A stretch of DNA of 64,000 nt from Clostridia bacterium (GTDB lineage: Bacteria; Bacillota; Clostridia; Oscillospirales; CAG-272). The DNA lies in contig JAFTJE010000012.1 of NCBI GenBank assembly GCA_017456545.1, positions 8,829 through 72,828 on the forward strand, written 5' to 3'. The translations under genes and the position numbers were made by a program. The notes beneath the pieces are model-generated. The model did not search any database. It was not told the origin of the DNA and saw nothing but the letters and a program-made list of their open reading frames with translations. This document shows, in pieces, positions 10,820 to 23,115 of this stretch. The number at the start of each line of letters is the position of its first letter. The stretch's first letter is position 1.

Positions 10820-11803
10820 TTAAAGCAGGGTTTTATAAAGCTCCTCTTTAGTTGCCTGAGTAAGATATGAGGGAGCAATATCGAGAACGGTTTTACAGCC
10901 ACTCTGTCCCTCGGAATTAAGTCTGTATGCTGCCCTTGCATAGGCTACAAGAACTGAGGAGGTAAACTCGGGATTGGAATCCAGCTTCAGGCTGTATTCG
11001 ATTATGTGGTTGTTTTCTCCGTTCAAGCCTGTCTTACCGCTTCTTATTACAAAGCCTCCGTGGGGAATACCACTGTGGTCACGGTCAAGCTCCTCCTTGG
11101 AGATAAAGTGAACGGTGGTATCATAGTCGGCAAAGTAATTCTTCATTTCCTTAATTTCTTTTTCTATCCTTGCCTTATCTGCACCCTCCTTGGCTACAAC
11201 AAAGCATTCACGGATATGCTTTTCTCTGACGGTGAGATTGGGATTGGCTCCACTTCTTACAGCGTCAAGGGCACTGTCCACAGGAATAGTATACTGCTTA
11301 CCGTCAAGGACTCCCTCTACTCTGCGTATGGCGTCGGAGTGTCCCTGGGATACACCCTTACCCCAGAAGGTATAGTCCCTACCCTCGGGAAGAATAGCAA
11401 GACCGTAGGCTCTCATAAGAGAGAACATACCCGGGTCCCAGCCGACGGAAATTATTGCTATTTTACCGCTTTCCTTAGCTGATGCATTTACATTTTCAAA
11501 ATGCTCGGGAATCCTTGCATGGGTGTCAAAGGAGTCTATTACATTAAAATGCTTTGCCATTTCCGGTGTCTGCACAGGAAGATCCGTTGCACTTCCTCCA
11601 CAAAGAATCAAAACATCTATCTTATCCTTATAGCCTTCAATATCGTCAGCGTGGCAAACAGCCACACCCTGTGTACGGATTTTAACGCTTTCGGGACTTC
11701 TTCTTGTGAATACAGCCACAAGCTCCATATCATCATTCTGTCGGATGGCACTCTCAACACCTCTGCCGAGATTTCCATATCCGTATATACCAACTCTTAT
11801 CAT
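10820..11803 (-). CDS. ddh: meso-Diaminopimelate dehydrogenase
   Basis: GYGNLG, CGGSATD, DSFDTH, GWDPG, TFWGKGVSQGHSDA, SNPEFT. Confidence 0.95.
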   Translation of the reverse strand: MIRVGIYGYGNLGRGVESAIRQNDDMELVAVFTRRSPESVKIRTQGVAVCHADDIEGYKDKIDVLILCGGSATDLPVQTPEMAKHFNVIDSFDTHARIPEHFENVNASAKESGKIAIISVGWDPGMFSLMRAYGLAILPEGRDYTFWGKGVSQGHSDAIRRVEGVLDGKQYTIPVDSALDAVRSGANPNLTVREKHIRECFVVAKEGADKARIEKEIKEMKNYFADYDTTVHFISKEELDRDHSGIPHGGFVIRSGKTGLNGENNHIIEYSLKLDSNPEFTSSVLVAYARAAYRLNSEGQSGCKTVLDIAPSYLTQATKEELYKTLL

Positions 11804-11881
11804 ATTATCCTCCGTCTTACGGAAATTTATTTATAACATAAAAATTATAGCATACTCTTTTTTTATATGCAATAATAAATT

Positions 11882-12430
11882 TTACTTTTTTGTATAGTCG
11901 AAATTGTTTTTTATTTTCTTAATATGGCGAAACGCCTCTTTTTCTCCCTGCTCGGCAAGGATTCTCAGCCACTCCTCCAGCACATCTGCTGTGGCTCCGT
12001 TCATTTTCTTTCTTGCATTACCTCGTAGAAAATACTCCAGGGGGTGGCTGTTTTTATAGTTTTTTCCCTGGTATATCTTACTTGCAGCAACACGGTCACA
12101 GAACATTTCCTTTAAGTATTTCATAGGCATTGGCACAGGCTCGTACATTTTGGTTACGGGATTTAAGTCCACCCAGTATTCAAAATGATGCTTGTTTCTG
12201 CCCTTATGGTGCATCCACGCACGGGAGTAGCCGAATATTTCTCTTTCCTTTTCGTTAGGGCTTCTTGTACCCTGATAATATTTTACACTTGGGATAAGCT
12301 CCGTTGGAGACAGCTTTGATAAATCGTGGAATAGTCCCTGAAAGAAAATGCCTGCCCGTCTGCAATGCCTTATTACCTGTCTTCTATGCTTACCTATTGT
12401 GTGTAAATGTCTGAATAGCTTGAATTTCAT
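11882..12430 (-). CDS. HD-like DUF5662-type protein
   Basis: HDLSK, AWMHHKGRNKHHFEYW, EMFCDR. Confidence 0.75.
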   Translation of the reverse strand: MKFKLFRHLHTIGKHRRQVIRHCRRAGIFFQGLFHDLSKLSPTELIPSVKYYQGTRSPNEKEREIFGYSRAWMHHKGRNKHHFEYWVDLNPVTKMYEPVPMPMKYLKEMFCDRVAASKIYQGKNYKNSHPLEYFLRGNARKKMNGATADVLEEWLRILAEQGEKEAFRHIKKIKNNFDYTKK

Positions 12431-12447
12431 TTTACGCCTTCTCCCTC

Positions 12448-12580
12448 GTTAGCCTCCCTCCTTGAGGGAGGGGGACCGTTTTACGGTGGAAGGAGTTACC
12501 TCTCCCACCCATTATATGTAACCTCTTTGCAGAAAATTATTTTACTCTTTATCCATTGTTAGCCTCCCCCCTTGAGGGAG
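12448..12580. repeat. REP-like palindromes (GTTAGCCTCCC..CTTGAGGGAG, two copies)
   Basis: Copies near 12448 and 12558; a similar palindrome occurs at 31691. Confidence 0.55.
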
Positions 12581-12618
12581 CCATACATTTACATTAATTC
12601 TGCATTCTGAATTTTGAA

Positions 12619-12696
12619 TTCTGCATTCACTTTGATTCTGCATTCACTTTGATTCTGCATTCACTTTGATTCTGCATTCACTTTGATTCTGCATTT
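12619..12696. repeat. 17-bp tandem repeat TTCTGCATTCACTTTGA, about 4.5 copies
   Basis: Exact units start at 12619, 12636, 12653, 12670. Confidence 0.9.
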
Positions 12697-12779
12697 ATTT
12701 TATCACTTTATTCCCACTCGGTCAAGTTTTATATTGCAATACGGTAAAAAAAGTGATAAAATATCCTTGAGGTGATATT

Positions 12780-13550
12780 ATGAATAATGAAATTAAAATA
12801 ATGTCCTTTAATTTAAGAATGGACACAGAATATGACGGTATCAACCGTTTCAGAAACAGAATTGACAGAGTTATGGAGGTAATTAATTCCGAGGACCCCG
12901 ATATAATCGGCTTCCAGGAGGTTACCGACTATATGAGAACCGTAATGCGTGAAAGCCTTAAAAACTATACAGTTGTCGGCTGTGGAAGAAGCAGAGATTA
13001 CCACGATGAGGCTATGCTCATTGCATTTAAGCACTCTGACTGTGAGCTTATTTCTCTTGATAATATATGGCTGTCAAAAACTCCCAAAATCCCCGGCACC
13101 AACTACGGCGGAGATAACAGTGGATGTCCGAGAATGTATACAATTGCCCGTTTGAAGCACAAAAACTGCCCTACGCCCTTTAATTTTATTAACACACACC
13201 TTGACCACCAGGGAGCAAACGCCCGTTACCTTGGGGCTATGCAGCTGGTACAGGCTATTTCCGAAAGGGATGAAAAATTTATTATGACGGGTGATTTTAA
13301 TGCTACACCCGACTCCCCCGAAATCAAGCTGATAACAGATGCTCTTGCATACCGTGGTGCTATTGACTGTACTGAGGGCTTTCCCCCAACCTTCCACGCC
13401 TTTGGCAAAATTCCCGAAAGCCAATGGGTAAAAATAGACTACATATTTACAGACGGTAAATGTATTAAGTCCTACCCCGTGCCCGATATTATGGAGGACG
13501 GAAAATACTACTCCGACCATAATGCAGTTGTTTCTATTATAGAATTATAA
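12780..13550 (+). CDS. Endonuclease/exonuclease/phosphatase-family protein
   Basis: MSFNLR, PDIIGFQE, NTHLDH, GDFN, IDYIF, SDH. Confidence 0.9.
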   Translation: MNNEIKIMSFNLRMDTEYDGINRFRNRIDRVMEVINSEDPDIIGFQEVTDYMRTVMRESLKNYTVVGCGRSRDYHDEAMLIAFKHSDCELISLDNIWLSKTPKIPGTNYGGDNSGCPRMYTIARLKHKNCPTPFNFINTHLDHQGANARYLGAMQLVQAISERDEKFIMTGDFNATPDSPEIKLITDALAYRGAIDCTEGFPPTFHAFGKIPESQWVKIDYIFTDGKCIKSYPVPDIMEDGKYYSDHNAVVSIIEL

Positions 13551-13556
13551 TCAGTA

Positions 13557-13838
13557 AATGCAGAATCTATGTGAATGCAGAATGCAGAGTGCAGAATGCA
13601 GAATTGATTGATTTGATGTAATTGCAGATTGAATCGGTAACGACAACAGACAACTAATAAATGCAGAATGCAGAGTGCAGAATGCAGAATGCAGAATTGA
13701 TTGATTTGATGTAATTGCAGATTGAATCGGTAACGACAACAGACAACTAATAAATGCAGAATGCAGAATGCAGAGTGCAGAATGCAGAATTGATTGATTT
13801 GATGTAATTACAGATTGAATCGGTAACGGAAACAGACA
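13557..13838 (+). repeat. Composite repeat: GCAGAAT heptamer tract plus ~55-bp constant block, three copies
   Basis: Units of about 86-93 bp differing by heptamer number; homologous copy at 60721-60860 on the opposite strand. Confidence 0.9.
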
Positions 13839-13963
13839 GGTTCATAATAAAATGAGAATTTTATGACATAGGTGGAAAATTATCCTTACCTATTCACCAT
13901 TCCATTTTAGCTTTTTACTATAATATAAAAACCGCCTTTGCTTAAAGCAAGGGCGGTATTTTT

Positions 13964-14566
13964 TTATTCGTTGGGGTCGAGATACTTGGAATAGGTCTTA
14001 TAGTAATCTATACCCGATGCTACAGTCATAAATGTCATAACTGCGATTGCTACATAGCTTATAATGTGGTAATCCTTAACACCGATAAGGGCGAAGAGGG
14101 CAGGCTCTATAAGGAGTGTGCAGATACATACGCACTGTGCCATTGTCTTACACTTACCGAAGAAGCTGGCAGCGATAACGCCTGCACCCGAGCCTGAGCA
14201 TACAAGACGGATAGAGGTTACTGCAAGCTCACGGAAGAACACTATTGCACTTACCCAAATCATAATGGACTTAAGAGGCTCCTCTTCTATTTTTACGGTA
14301 ATGGAAAGGAGGGAGGCAAATATCATAAACTTATCTGCCAGGGGGTCCATAAACTTACCGAAATTGGTTACAAGCTTATACTTTCTTGCAATCTTACCGT
14401 CTATAAAGTCGGTAGCGGCGGTAATTATAAATACGGCTGCTGATACGAAGCTTCTCACATAGAGATTGGGGATGTAAAGCACGCAAGCCACAAATATAGG
14501 AACAAGGAGAACTCGAAGGATGGTCAGCTTGTTTGGTAAATTCATTTTCTTTTTGTTTTCTTTCAT
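13964..14566 (-). CDS. pgsA: CDP-diacylglycerol--glycerol-3-phosphate 3-phosphatidyltransferase
   Basis: NLPNKLT and DFIDGKIAR...GKFMDPLADK. Confidence 0.95.
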   Translation of the reverse strand: MKENKKKMNLPNKLTILRVLLVPIFVACVLYIPNLYVRSFVSAAVFIITAATDFIDGKIARKYKLVTNFGKFMDPLADKFMIFASLLSITVKIEEEPLKSIMIWVSAIVFFRELAVTSIRLVCSGSGAGVIAASFFGKCKTMAQCVCICTLLIEPALFALIGVKDYHIISYVAIAVMTFMTVASGIDYYKTYSKYLDPNE

Positions 14567-15885
14567 ACTATTTCTCCTGTTAAATCATACTCGAGAGCAT
14601 CCTTGATACGCACACGGACAAATGTACCCTCGGGTATTTTTATTTTTGATAAAAAGAATACATTTCCGTCAATTTCGGGTGCATTGTCTGCTGTTCTTCC
14701 GTAATAGGTTTCACTAACAGGGTCGTATCCCTCACAAAGAACCTGTACCTCTTTTCCTATTTTACTTTTTAATTGCCTGTCTGTTATGGAAAGCTGAGTT
14801 TTCATTATAGCCTCGTATCTTTCCTCCTTGATTTCCTCATCTATCTGGTCCTCAAAGTCATAGGCAGGAGTATTTTCCTCTCTGGAATATGTAAAAGCAC
14901 CGAAATGCTCAAATTTTGCTTCCTTTACAAACTCACAAAGCTCGTCAAACTCAATTTCACTCTCTCCCGGGAAGCCTACAATGGCTGTGGAACGGATTGA
15001 AATTCCCTTTACCCTCTTACGAAGAGTCTTTATTACATTACGGATAAGCTCCCCGTCTCCGTGACGGTTCATTTTCTTAAGTATCTTATCGGAAATGTGC
15101 TGTATGGGAAGGTCAATATATTTTACAAGCTTTTTATTTGTTTCAAACTCGCAAATAAGCTCCTCTGTCACCTTTTCGGGATAGCAGTAAAGGACTCTTA
15201 TCCAGGTTACATCCGTTTCCTCGGACAGGCGACGGATAAGCTTGTGTAAGCAATACTCACCGTAAAGGTCTATACCGTATGAGGTGGTATCCTGTCCTAC
15301 TATTACAAGCTCCTTAACTCCTAAGGAAACTATCTCCTGTGCTTCCTTTACAAGGTCGTCTATGGGTCTTGAACGGAATCTGCCACGGAGCTTGGGAATT
15401 GCACAATAGGTACAGCAGTTATCACAGCCCTCGGAAATTTTAAGATAAGCCATAGAATCCCCTGTGGTTACAATTCTGTCTCCACCCAGCTCTACCGTGT
15501 TTTTATCCTTAAATTCCTTAAATTTTTCACCCTTTGCAACAGCCCTTACAGCCTCTACAATACTGTGAACGCTACCAGTTCCGAGAAGAGCATCAACCTC
15601 AGGCATTTCCTCCATTACCTCTTCTCTGTATTTTTCTGCCATACAGCCTGTAACAACTATTCCCTTAAGCTTGCCGTTTTCCTTAAGCCATGCAATATCG
15701 AGAATATTGTCAATGGATTCCTGCTTGGCATCCTGAATAAAGGCACAGGTGTTTATAACCACTATATCGGCATCCTCTGCGTCTGTTATTATATATCCCT
15801 CTGATACAAGATGTCCGAGCATAACCTCTAAATCGAGCTGATTTTTAGGGCATCCGAGAGATACAAATCCTACTTTAATTGCCAT
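14563..15885 (-). CDS. rimO: Ribosomal protein S12 methylthiotransferase
   Basis: SLGCPKN, NTCAFI, CDNCCTYC radical-SAM motif, APEIDG TRAM domain. Confidence 0.93.
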   Translation of the reverse strand: MAIKVGFVSLGCPKNQLDLEVMLGHLVSEGYIITDAEDADIVVINTCAFIQDAKQESIDNILDIAWLKENGKLKGIVVTGCMAEKYREEVMEEMPEVDALLGTGSVHSIVEAVRAVAKGEKFKEFKDKNTVELGGDRIVTTGDSMAYLKISEGCDNCCTYCAIPKLRGRFRSRPIDDLVKEAQEIVSLGVKELVIVGQDTTSYGIDLYGEYCLHKLIRRLSEETDVTWIRVLYCYPEKVTEELICEFETNKKLVKYIDLPIQHISDKILKKMNRHGDGELIRNVIKTLRKRVKGISIRSTAIVGFPGESEIEFDELCEFVKEAKFEHFGAFTYSREENTPAYDFEDQIDEEIKEERYEAIMKTQLSITDRQLKSKIGKEVQVLCEGYDPVSETYYGRTADNAPEIDGNVFFLSKIKIPEGTFVRVRIKDALEYDLTGEIV

Positions 15886-16537
15886 TTTTTTCTCCTTCAG
15901 CGAATATGCGAATACCCGCCTTGATATCATTTATGCTATAACCGTAACGCATAAGAGAAGCCATCATTTTTCCCACATCCTCTTTTTCCTTGGGGAGGGG
16001 ATTGTACTTTTGTGAAATAATATAGGCACAGCTTGCCCCGAAGTCCACATCCTTAAGGGCAGATTTAAGAAATTCCATAACCTCGTCCCTCTTAAAGCCC
16101 TTAACTATAAACTCCTCGGCAATCTTCATCTGTCCGTACTTTTTGCGTAAACAGCTCTCAAGCAGAATACCCATCTGCTTCTTTTCATCTATATATCCTC
16201 TGTGCTCCATATAAAGAGCTACATTTTCACAAAGCTCCCTTGCATATCCTCTCTGCATTAGCTTATTTACAAGAGTTTTCTTATTATTATCTCCGTATGA
16301 AAGAATTGTAAAGGCGTGACGGCGTGCGTTATCAAAGAGCATCTCTTCTCTTATCTTAAGAAAATGCTCATCATCGATTATCTCGCCCTCATCAATATCA
16401 AATCTCTCGTACTGATCGTTTGAAAGAAGCATCTCAAACTTAGTACCCATAGAAGATGAAATGTGTAAGGTGTAGCCTTGCTGGGATTTCTTTATTTTTT
16501 CTACGGTGTAATAAATTTCATTTTTCATAATCATCAA
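15875..16537 (-). CDS. recX: Regulatory protein RecX
   Basis: Follows recA; LVNKL..RGY, GYIDE, KYG and LMRYGY repeats. Confidence 0.8.
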   Translation of the reverse strand: MMIMKNEIYYTVEKIKKSQQGYTLHISSSMGTKFEMLLSNDQYERFDIDEGEIIDDEHFLKIREEMLFDNARRHAFTILSYGDNNKKTLVNKLMQRGYARELCENVALYMEHRGYIDEKKQMGILLESCLRKKYGQMKIAEEFIVKGFKRDEVMEFLKSALKDVDFGASCAYIISQKYNPLPKEKEDVGKMMASLMRYGYSINDIKAGIRIFAEGEKNGN

Positions 16538-17631
16538 TCCAAATTAAGTGCGTCTAAGTCAAAATCTCCTGAGTCGATATCAAAGCTATCACCCTCAGAA
16601 ACCTCTCCGTTTTCTATCTTTTTCTTGATTTTTTCTTCAAGCTCCTTCATAAGCTCAGGGTTATCCTCAAAGAATTTTCTTGCATTATCCTTACCCTGAC
16701 CTATCTTTGCTCCGTCATATGAGAACCAGGAGCCACTCTTTTCCACGATATCGAGATTTACTGCCATATCAATAATCTCGGAGGACTTGGAAATTCCCTT
16801 ACCGTAAAGAATATCAAACTCCGCAATCTTAAAGGGAGGAGCAACCTTATTTTTTACTACCTTTACCTTAACTCTGTTTCCGTAGGAGTCGGAGCCTTGT
16901 TTAAGAGTTTCTGTCTTTCTTACATCGAGACGGACAGAGGCATAGAATTTAAGTGCCTTACCACCTGTTGTAGTCTCGGGGTTACCGTATGCAACACCTA
17001 TTTTATCTCTCAGCTGATTTATAAATATTACAATACAGTTGGTCTTTGATACTATTGCAGTAAGCTTTCTTAATGCCTGGGACATAAGCCTTGCCTGTAC
17101 TCCCATATGGCTCTCACCCATCTCACCCTCTATCTCCTGTCTTGGAACAAGGGCTGCAACGGAGTCTATTACTACTATATCAACAGCACCGGAATTTATA
17201 AGTGTTTCTGTAATTTCCAGTGCCTGCTCCCCGTCATCGGGCTGGGAGAGATACAAATCATCTATATTTACTCCTATTGCCTTTGCGTACACGGGGTCCA
17301 GAGCATGCTCTGCATCTATAAAGGCAGCTGTGCCTCCCAGCTTCTGAGCCTCTGCAACGGCGTGAAGAGCTACCGTTGTTTTACCTGAGGATTCAGGACC
17401 GTATATTTCTATGATTCTTCCCCTTGGCAAGCCACCAACACCCAGGGCAAGGTCAAGGTTAAGAGAGCCTGATGATACTACGCTTACCTTTGATTTTTTC
17501 TGCTCTCCGAGTCTTACAATGGACTCCTCTCCGTTAGCCTTTCTTATCTGGGCAATTGCAGTCTCAAGGGCTTTTTTCTTGTCATTTACTGCTTCATTCT
17601 TTTCTGTAGCCTTTGTAGCCTTCTTCGCCAT
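16534..17631 (-). CDS. recA: Recombinase RecA
   Basis: [35 protein letters not shown]. Confidence 0.99.
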   Translation of the reverse strand: MAKKATKATEKNEAVNDKKKALETAIAQIRKANGEESIVRLGEQKKSKVSVVSSGSLNLDLALGVGGLPRGRIIEIYGPESSGKTTVALHAVAEAQKLGGTAAFIDAEHALDPVYAKAIGVNIDDLYLSQPDDGEQALEITETLINSGAVDIVVIDSVAALVPRQEIEGEMGESHMGVQARLMSQALRKLTAIVSKTNCIVIFINQLRDKIGVAYGNPETTTGGKALKFYASVRLDVRKTETLKQGSDSYGNRVKVKVVKNKVAPPFKIAEFDILYGKGISKSSEIIDMAVNLDIVEKSGSWFSYDGAKIGQGKDNARKFFEDNPELMKELEEKIKKKIENGEVSEGDSFDIDSGDFDLDALNLD

Positions 17632-17729
17632 TTATTTTCTCCTTAGCTTTATTTTTTCTTCGGGAGATAAACCCCACTACGGTATATATTAATCAGTTGC
17701 AGTGGAGCTTTTACTCCTTTTTTAATTTT

Positions 17730-18302
17730 TCAGACAGTGGCAGAATCGAGTCTCCAGCCGTTGGACTCCTTACGGATTATTACCTCTACCTCTTCTCCCT
17801 CAGTGCTCATAACGGTGGCAATTATTCTTTTACTTCTGATGCTCTCTATTTTTATTGTGTCGTAATTATACTGTGTAATTTCTATAGCCTTATAATCCTT
17901 ATACACGGCAAGCAGTCCTGTGGAATCCTCTATATATCTGGATTTTGTAAGACCTCCCGTTCCACCGACGGAGGGATTAAGGTAATACTGTATCAGGGAA
18001 TTTGAATAAGACGCTGTAAATACCTCCTTTGTCCTTGCTGAAAGAATATCTACCGTCTTATACTTTTCGTTCAGGTCCACCTGTCTGTAAACCGACTGAT
18101 AAACCATACTGTCATTATACTTAAGACCCTTACCGTAGTAAATTTCATTAAGCTCACAGGAGGATTTTACAAGCTCCTCTACTATAACAATTGCCTCCTC
18201 CTCCTCGGGCCGTGTGGTAAATTCTATAATAAGCATTACAGCACCGACAATAAGGGCTATGGCTAATATAATAAATATAATCCTCTTCTTATTCTTAATC
18301 AT
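17730..18302 (-). CDS. Hypothetical membrane-anchored protein
   Basis: N-terminal TM helix; start overlaps the gyrA stop. Confidence 0.75.
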   Translation of the reverse strand: MIKNKKRIIFIILAIALIVGAVMLIIEFTTRPEEEEAIVIVEELVKSSCELNEIYYGKGLKYNDSMVYQSVYRQVDLNEKYKTVDILSARTKEVFTASYSNSLIQYYLNPSVGGTGGLTKSRYIEDSTGLLAVYKDYKAIEITQYNYDTIKIESIRSKRIIATVMSTEGEEVEVIIRKESNGWRLDSATV

Positions 18303-20872
18303 CAGTTATCCGATGCCTCTGCTTCCTTTACTGAATTTTCTTCATTTACAGACACAGTATCGGAGATTTTTTCTTCTCCCTCTGTGGCATCCACACTAAT
18401 TTCATTATTAATTTCAGAATTTTCCTCTTCCTTTTCGGAATCGGTAAAGGACATCTTAACTATCTTTGCATCCTTATTAAGCTTCATAACCTTGACGCCT
18501 GTTGCACTTCTGTTATATAAGGGAATTTCGGAAACGGAGGTTCTTATTACCACTCCCTCATTTGTAATGGCAATAATATCCTTTTCCTCATCCACAACTC
18601 CTATGGATGCAAGCTTTCCTGTCTTTTCATTAATATTATGGGCACGGACACCTAATATACCTCTGTTCCTTGACTCAAAGTCGGAGAAGCAGCTCCTCTT
18701 TCCAAAGCCATTTTCCGTTACTGTCAAGAGCTGCTTTTCATCATCAACTATTACAGCACCTATTACGGAATCCTCGTCACGGAGCTCAATACCTCTTACA
18801 CCTCTTGCAGTTCTTCCTACTATGCTTACCTTGTTTTCGGAGAATCTTGCTCCCTGTCCGTTTCTTGTAGCTATTATAATATCACTCTCTCCCTTGGTGT
18901 GACCTACAAATATAAGCTCATCACCCTCGTCAAGATTAATAGCTATCTTACCGCCCTTACGCTTATTCTCATATTCCTTAACCTCTGTACGCTTGATAAC
19001 ACCGTTTCTTGTAACCATTACAAGGTACTCGTTATCATTAAACTCAGTCAAGGAAATCATAGCTGTAACCCTTTCACCCTTTTCTATTTCTATAAGGTTA
19101 ATAAGGTTATTACCCTTGGCTGTTCTTGAGGATTCGGGAATCTCGTATACCTTCTTTATGAATATCTTACCTCTGTCTGTAAACATAAGCAGGTAGGAAT
19201 GGCTGTTTGCAACAAGGATATTTTCAATATTATCCTCTTCCTTTGTACCCATACCTATAATACCCTTACCACCACGCCTTTGTGCTGAGTAGGTATCTGT
19301 TGATACTCTCTTTATATATCCCGCATCTGTAAGAGTTACCACGCACTCGTGTCTGGGAATCAAATCCTCAAGGTCTATCTCATCCTCGGAATCCACAATC
19401 TCCGTTCTTCTTTCATCTGCGTATTTTCTCTTTATTTCAAGAAGCTCTGTCTTTATTATTTCCTTAACAAGACCCTCATCTGCAAGAATCTCGTTAAGCT
19501 CCTTTATTTTCGCATAAAGACTGTTTAATCTATCCTCTATCTTCTGTCTTTCAAGACCGGAGAGTCTGCCGAGAGTCATATCCACAATAGCCTGGGCCTG
19601 CTCATCGGTAAGCAAAAATCTCTCCTTAAGGTTTTCCTTAGCTGCCTGTGTGCTCTCGGATGCTCTGATAATTGAAATTATCACATCAATATTATCAATA
19701 GCAGTCTTGTAGCCCTCATAAATATGAGCCTCTGCCTTAGCCTTGGCTAAGTCAAATTTTGTTCTTCTTACTATTACTTCCTCTTGGAATTTTATATATT
19801 CTCCGAGAAGCTCACGGAGTCCGAGAGTCTTAGGCTCACCGTTTACAAGTGCAAGCATATTTACAGCACATGTATCCTGGAGCTGTGTGTTCTTATAAAG
19901 TGTATTGAGTATTACCTGAGGATTTGCATCCCTCTTATACTCAATTACTATTCTCATACCACGGCGTCCACTCTCATCACGGAGGTCAGATATTCCCTCA
20001 ATTCTCTTATCCTTAACCATATCCACTATGGATTTGATCATCTGGCTCTTATTAACCATATAAGGAATCTCGGTAATTACTATTCTTCTGTGCTCCTCCT
20101 CAATAGTCGCCTTGGAACGAACCATTACTCTGCCTTTACCTGTGGTATAGGCATCTATAATACCTCTTCTGCCGTAAATTGTGGCATAGGTAGGAAAGTC
20201 GGGGCCCTTTATATACTCCATCATTTCCTCAACGGTGGCATCGGGATTCTCCATTAAATGGATGGTACCGTCAATTACCTCACCTAAGTTGTGAGGAGGA
20301 ATATTGGTAGCCATACCTACGGCAATACCCACGCTTCCGTTTACCAGAAGGTTAGGAAATCTTGATGGGAGTATACTTGGCTCCTTTCTTGTATTGTCAA
20401 AGTTGGGTACAAGGTCCACTACATCCTTTTCAATATCGGACATAAGCTCATTGGCAAGCTTGGACATTCTCGCCTCTGTATAACGGTATGCGGCAGCACC
20501 GTCTCCGTCCACATTACCGAAGTTACCGTGTCCGTCAACCAATACATATCTCAGTGAGAAGGGCTGTGCCATTCTTACAAGTGTACCGTATACGGACTGG
20601 TCACCGTGGGGATGATATCTACCGAGAACATTACCTACTGTGGTAGCCGATTTTCTAAAGGGCTTGTCCGAGGTAAGATTATCCTCGTACATAGCGTACA
20701 GTACTCTACGCTGACCGGGCTTCATACCGTCTCTTACATCGGGAAGAGCTCGGCTTACTATAACACTCATGGAATATTCAAGGAAGGCTTCCTTTACCCT
20801 TGATTCCATTTGTCTGTTTACTATCATTTGCTCGGTATTTTCATAATCGAGCAATTCATCTCTGTCTCTCAT
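18302..20872 (-). CDS. gyrA: DNA gyrase subunit A
   Basis: RALPDVRDG, YHPHGD, AAYRYTE, GyrA box QRRGGKG. Confidence 0.98.
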   Translation of the reverse strand: MRDRDELLDYENTEQMIVNRQMESRVKEAFLEYSMSVIVSRALPDVRDGMKPGQRRVLYAMYEDNLTSDKPFRKSATTVGNVLGRYHPHGDQSVYGTLVRMAQPFSLRYVLVDGHGNFGNVDGDGAAAYRYTEARMSKLANELMSDIEKDVVDLVPNFDNTRKEPSILPSRFPNLLVNGSVGIAVGMATNIPPHNLGEVIDGTIHLMENPDATVEEMMEYIKGPDFPTYATIYGRRGIIDAYTTGKGRVMVRSKATIEEEHRRIVITEIPYMVNKSQMIKSIVDMVKDKRIEGISDLRDESGRRGMRIVIEYKRDANPQVILNTLYKNTQLQDTCAVNMLALVNGEPKTLGLRELLGEYIKFQEEVIVRRTKFDLAKAKAEAHIYEGYKTAIDNIDVIISIIRASESTQAAKENLKERFLLTDEQAQAIVDMTLGRLSGLERQKIEDRLNSLYAKIKELNEILADEGLVKEIIKTELLEIKRKYADERRTEIVDSEDEIDLEDLIPRHECVVTLTDAGYIKRVSTDTYSAQRRGGKGIIGMGTKEEDNIENILVANSHSYLLMFTDRGKIFIKKVYEIPESSRTAKGNNLINLIEIEKGERVTAMISLTEFNDNEYLVMVTRNGVIKRTEVKEYENKRKGGKIAINLDEGDELIFVGHTKGESDIIIATRNGQGARFSENKVSIVGRTARGVRGIELRDEDSVIGAVIVDDEKQLLTVTENGFGKRSCFSDFESRNRGILGVRAHNINEKTGKLASIGVVDEEKDIIAITNEGVVIRTSVSEIPLYNRSATGVKVMKLNKDAKIVKMSFTDSEKEEENSEINNEISVDATEGEEKISDTVSVNEENSVKEAEASDN

Positions 20873-20886
20873 ATATCCGAGCCTCC

Positions 20887-22833
<1,947 letters not shown>

Positions 22834-22887
22834 TCATAATGCTTAACACATAAATAAAGTGCAAAATTTTAATTTGATTTCTTTTAT

Positions 22888-23115
22888 CTATTTATAAATT
22901 GTTGATGAGTTAAAGGGGGATAGGTATACTGTTTCATCCCTCATTATTATAAAGGATTTGGGAAGCTCATAGCCTAAGGGAATTACTCTTTTTTCCTTTT
23001 CGGCTTCCTTGAGAAATTTTCTTGTATAAAGGGACACAGTAGATGAGTCAAGGTCAAATATAGCTACTATATCCTCTCTTCTCACAGACTTTGAGGGTCC
23101 TATGTGAAGGTACAT
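22888..23115 (-). CDS. remB: RemB/DUF370-family protein
   Basis: MYLHIG, IVAIFDLD, PKSFI; between recF and gyrB. Confidence 0.85.
   Translation of the reverse strand: MYLHIGPSKSVRREDIVAIFDLDSSTVSLYTRKFLKEAEKEKRVIPLGYELPKSFIIMRDETVYLSPFNSSTIYK

Noticed and set aside
13551-13739. 62-aa ORF with HSAF/ILHS repeats
   Set aside because: Translation of the heptamer repeat; no RBS
13557-13838. Repeat array as a CRISPR
   Set aside because: Inter-repeat blocks are identical rather than unique spacers, and no cas genes are present
22856-22868. AAAGTGCAAAATT upstream of gyrB matching the HTH-MNT operator repeat
   Set aside because: A single AT-rich copy, plausibly chance
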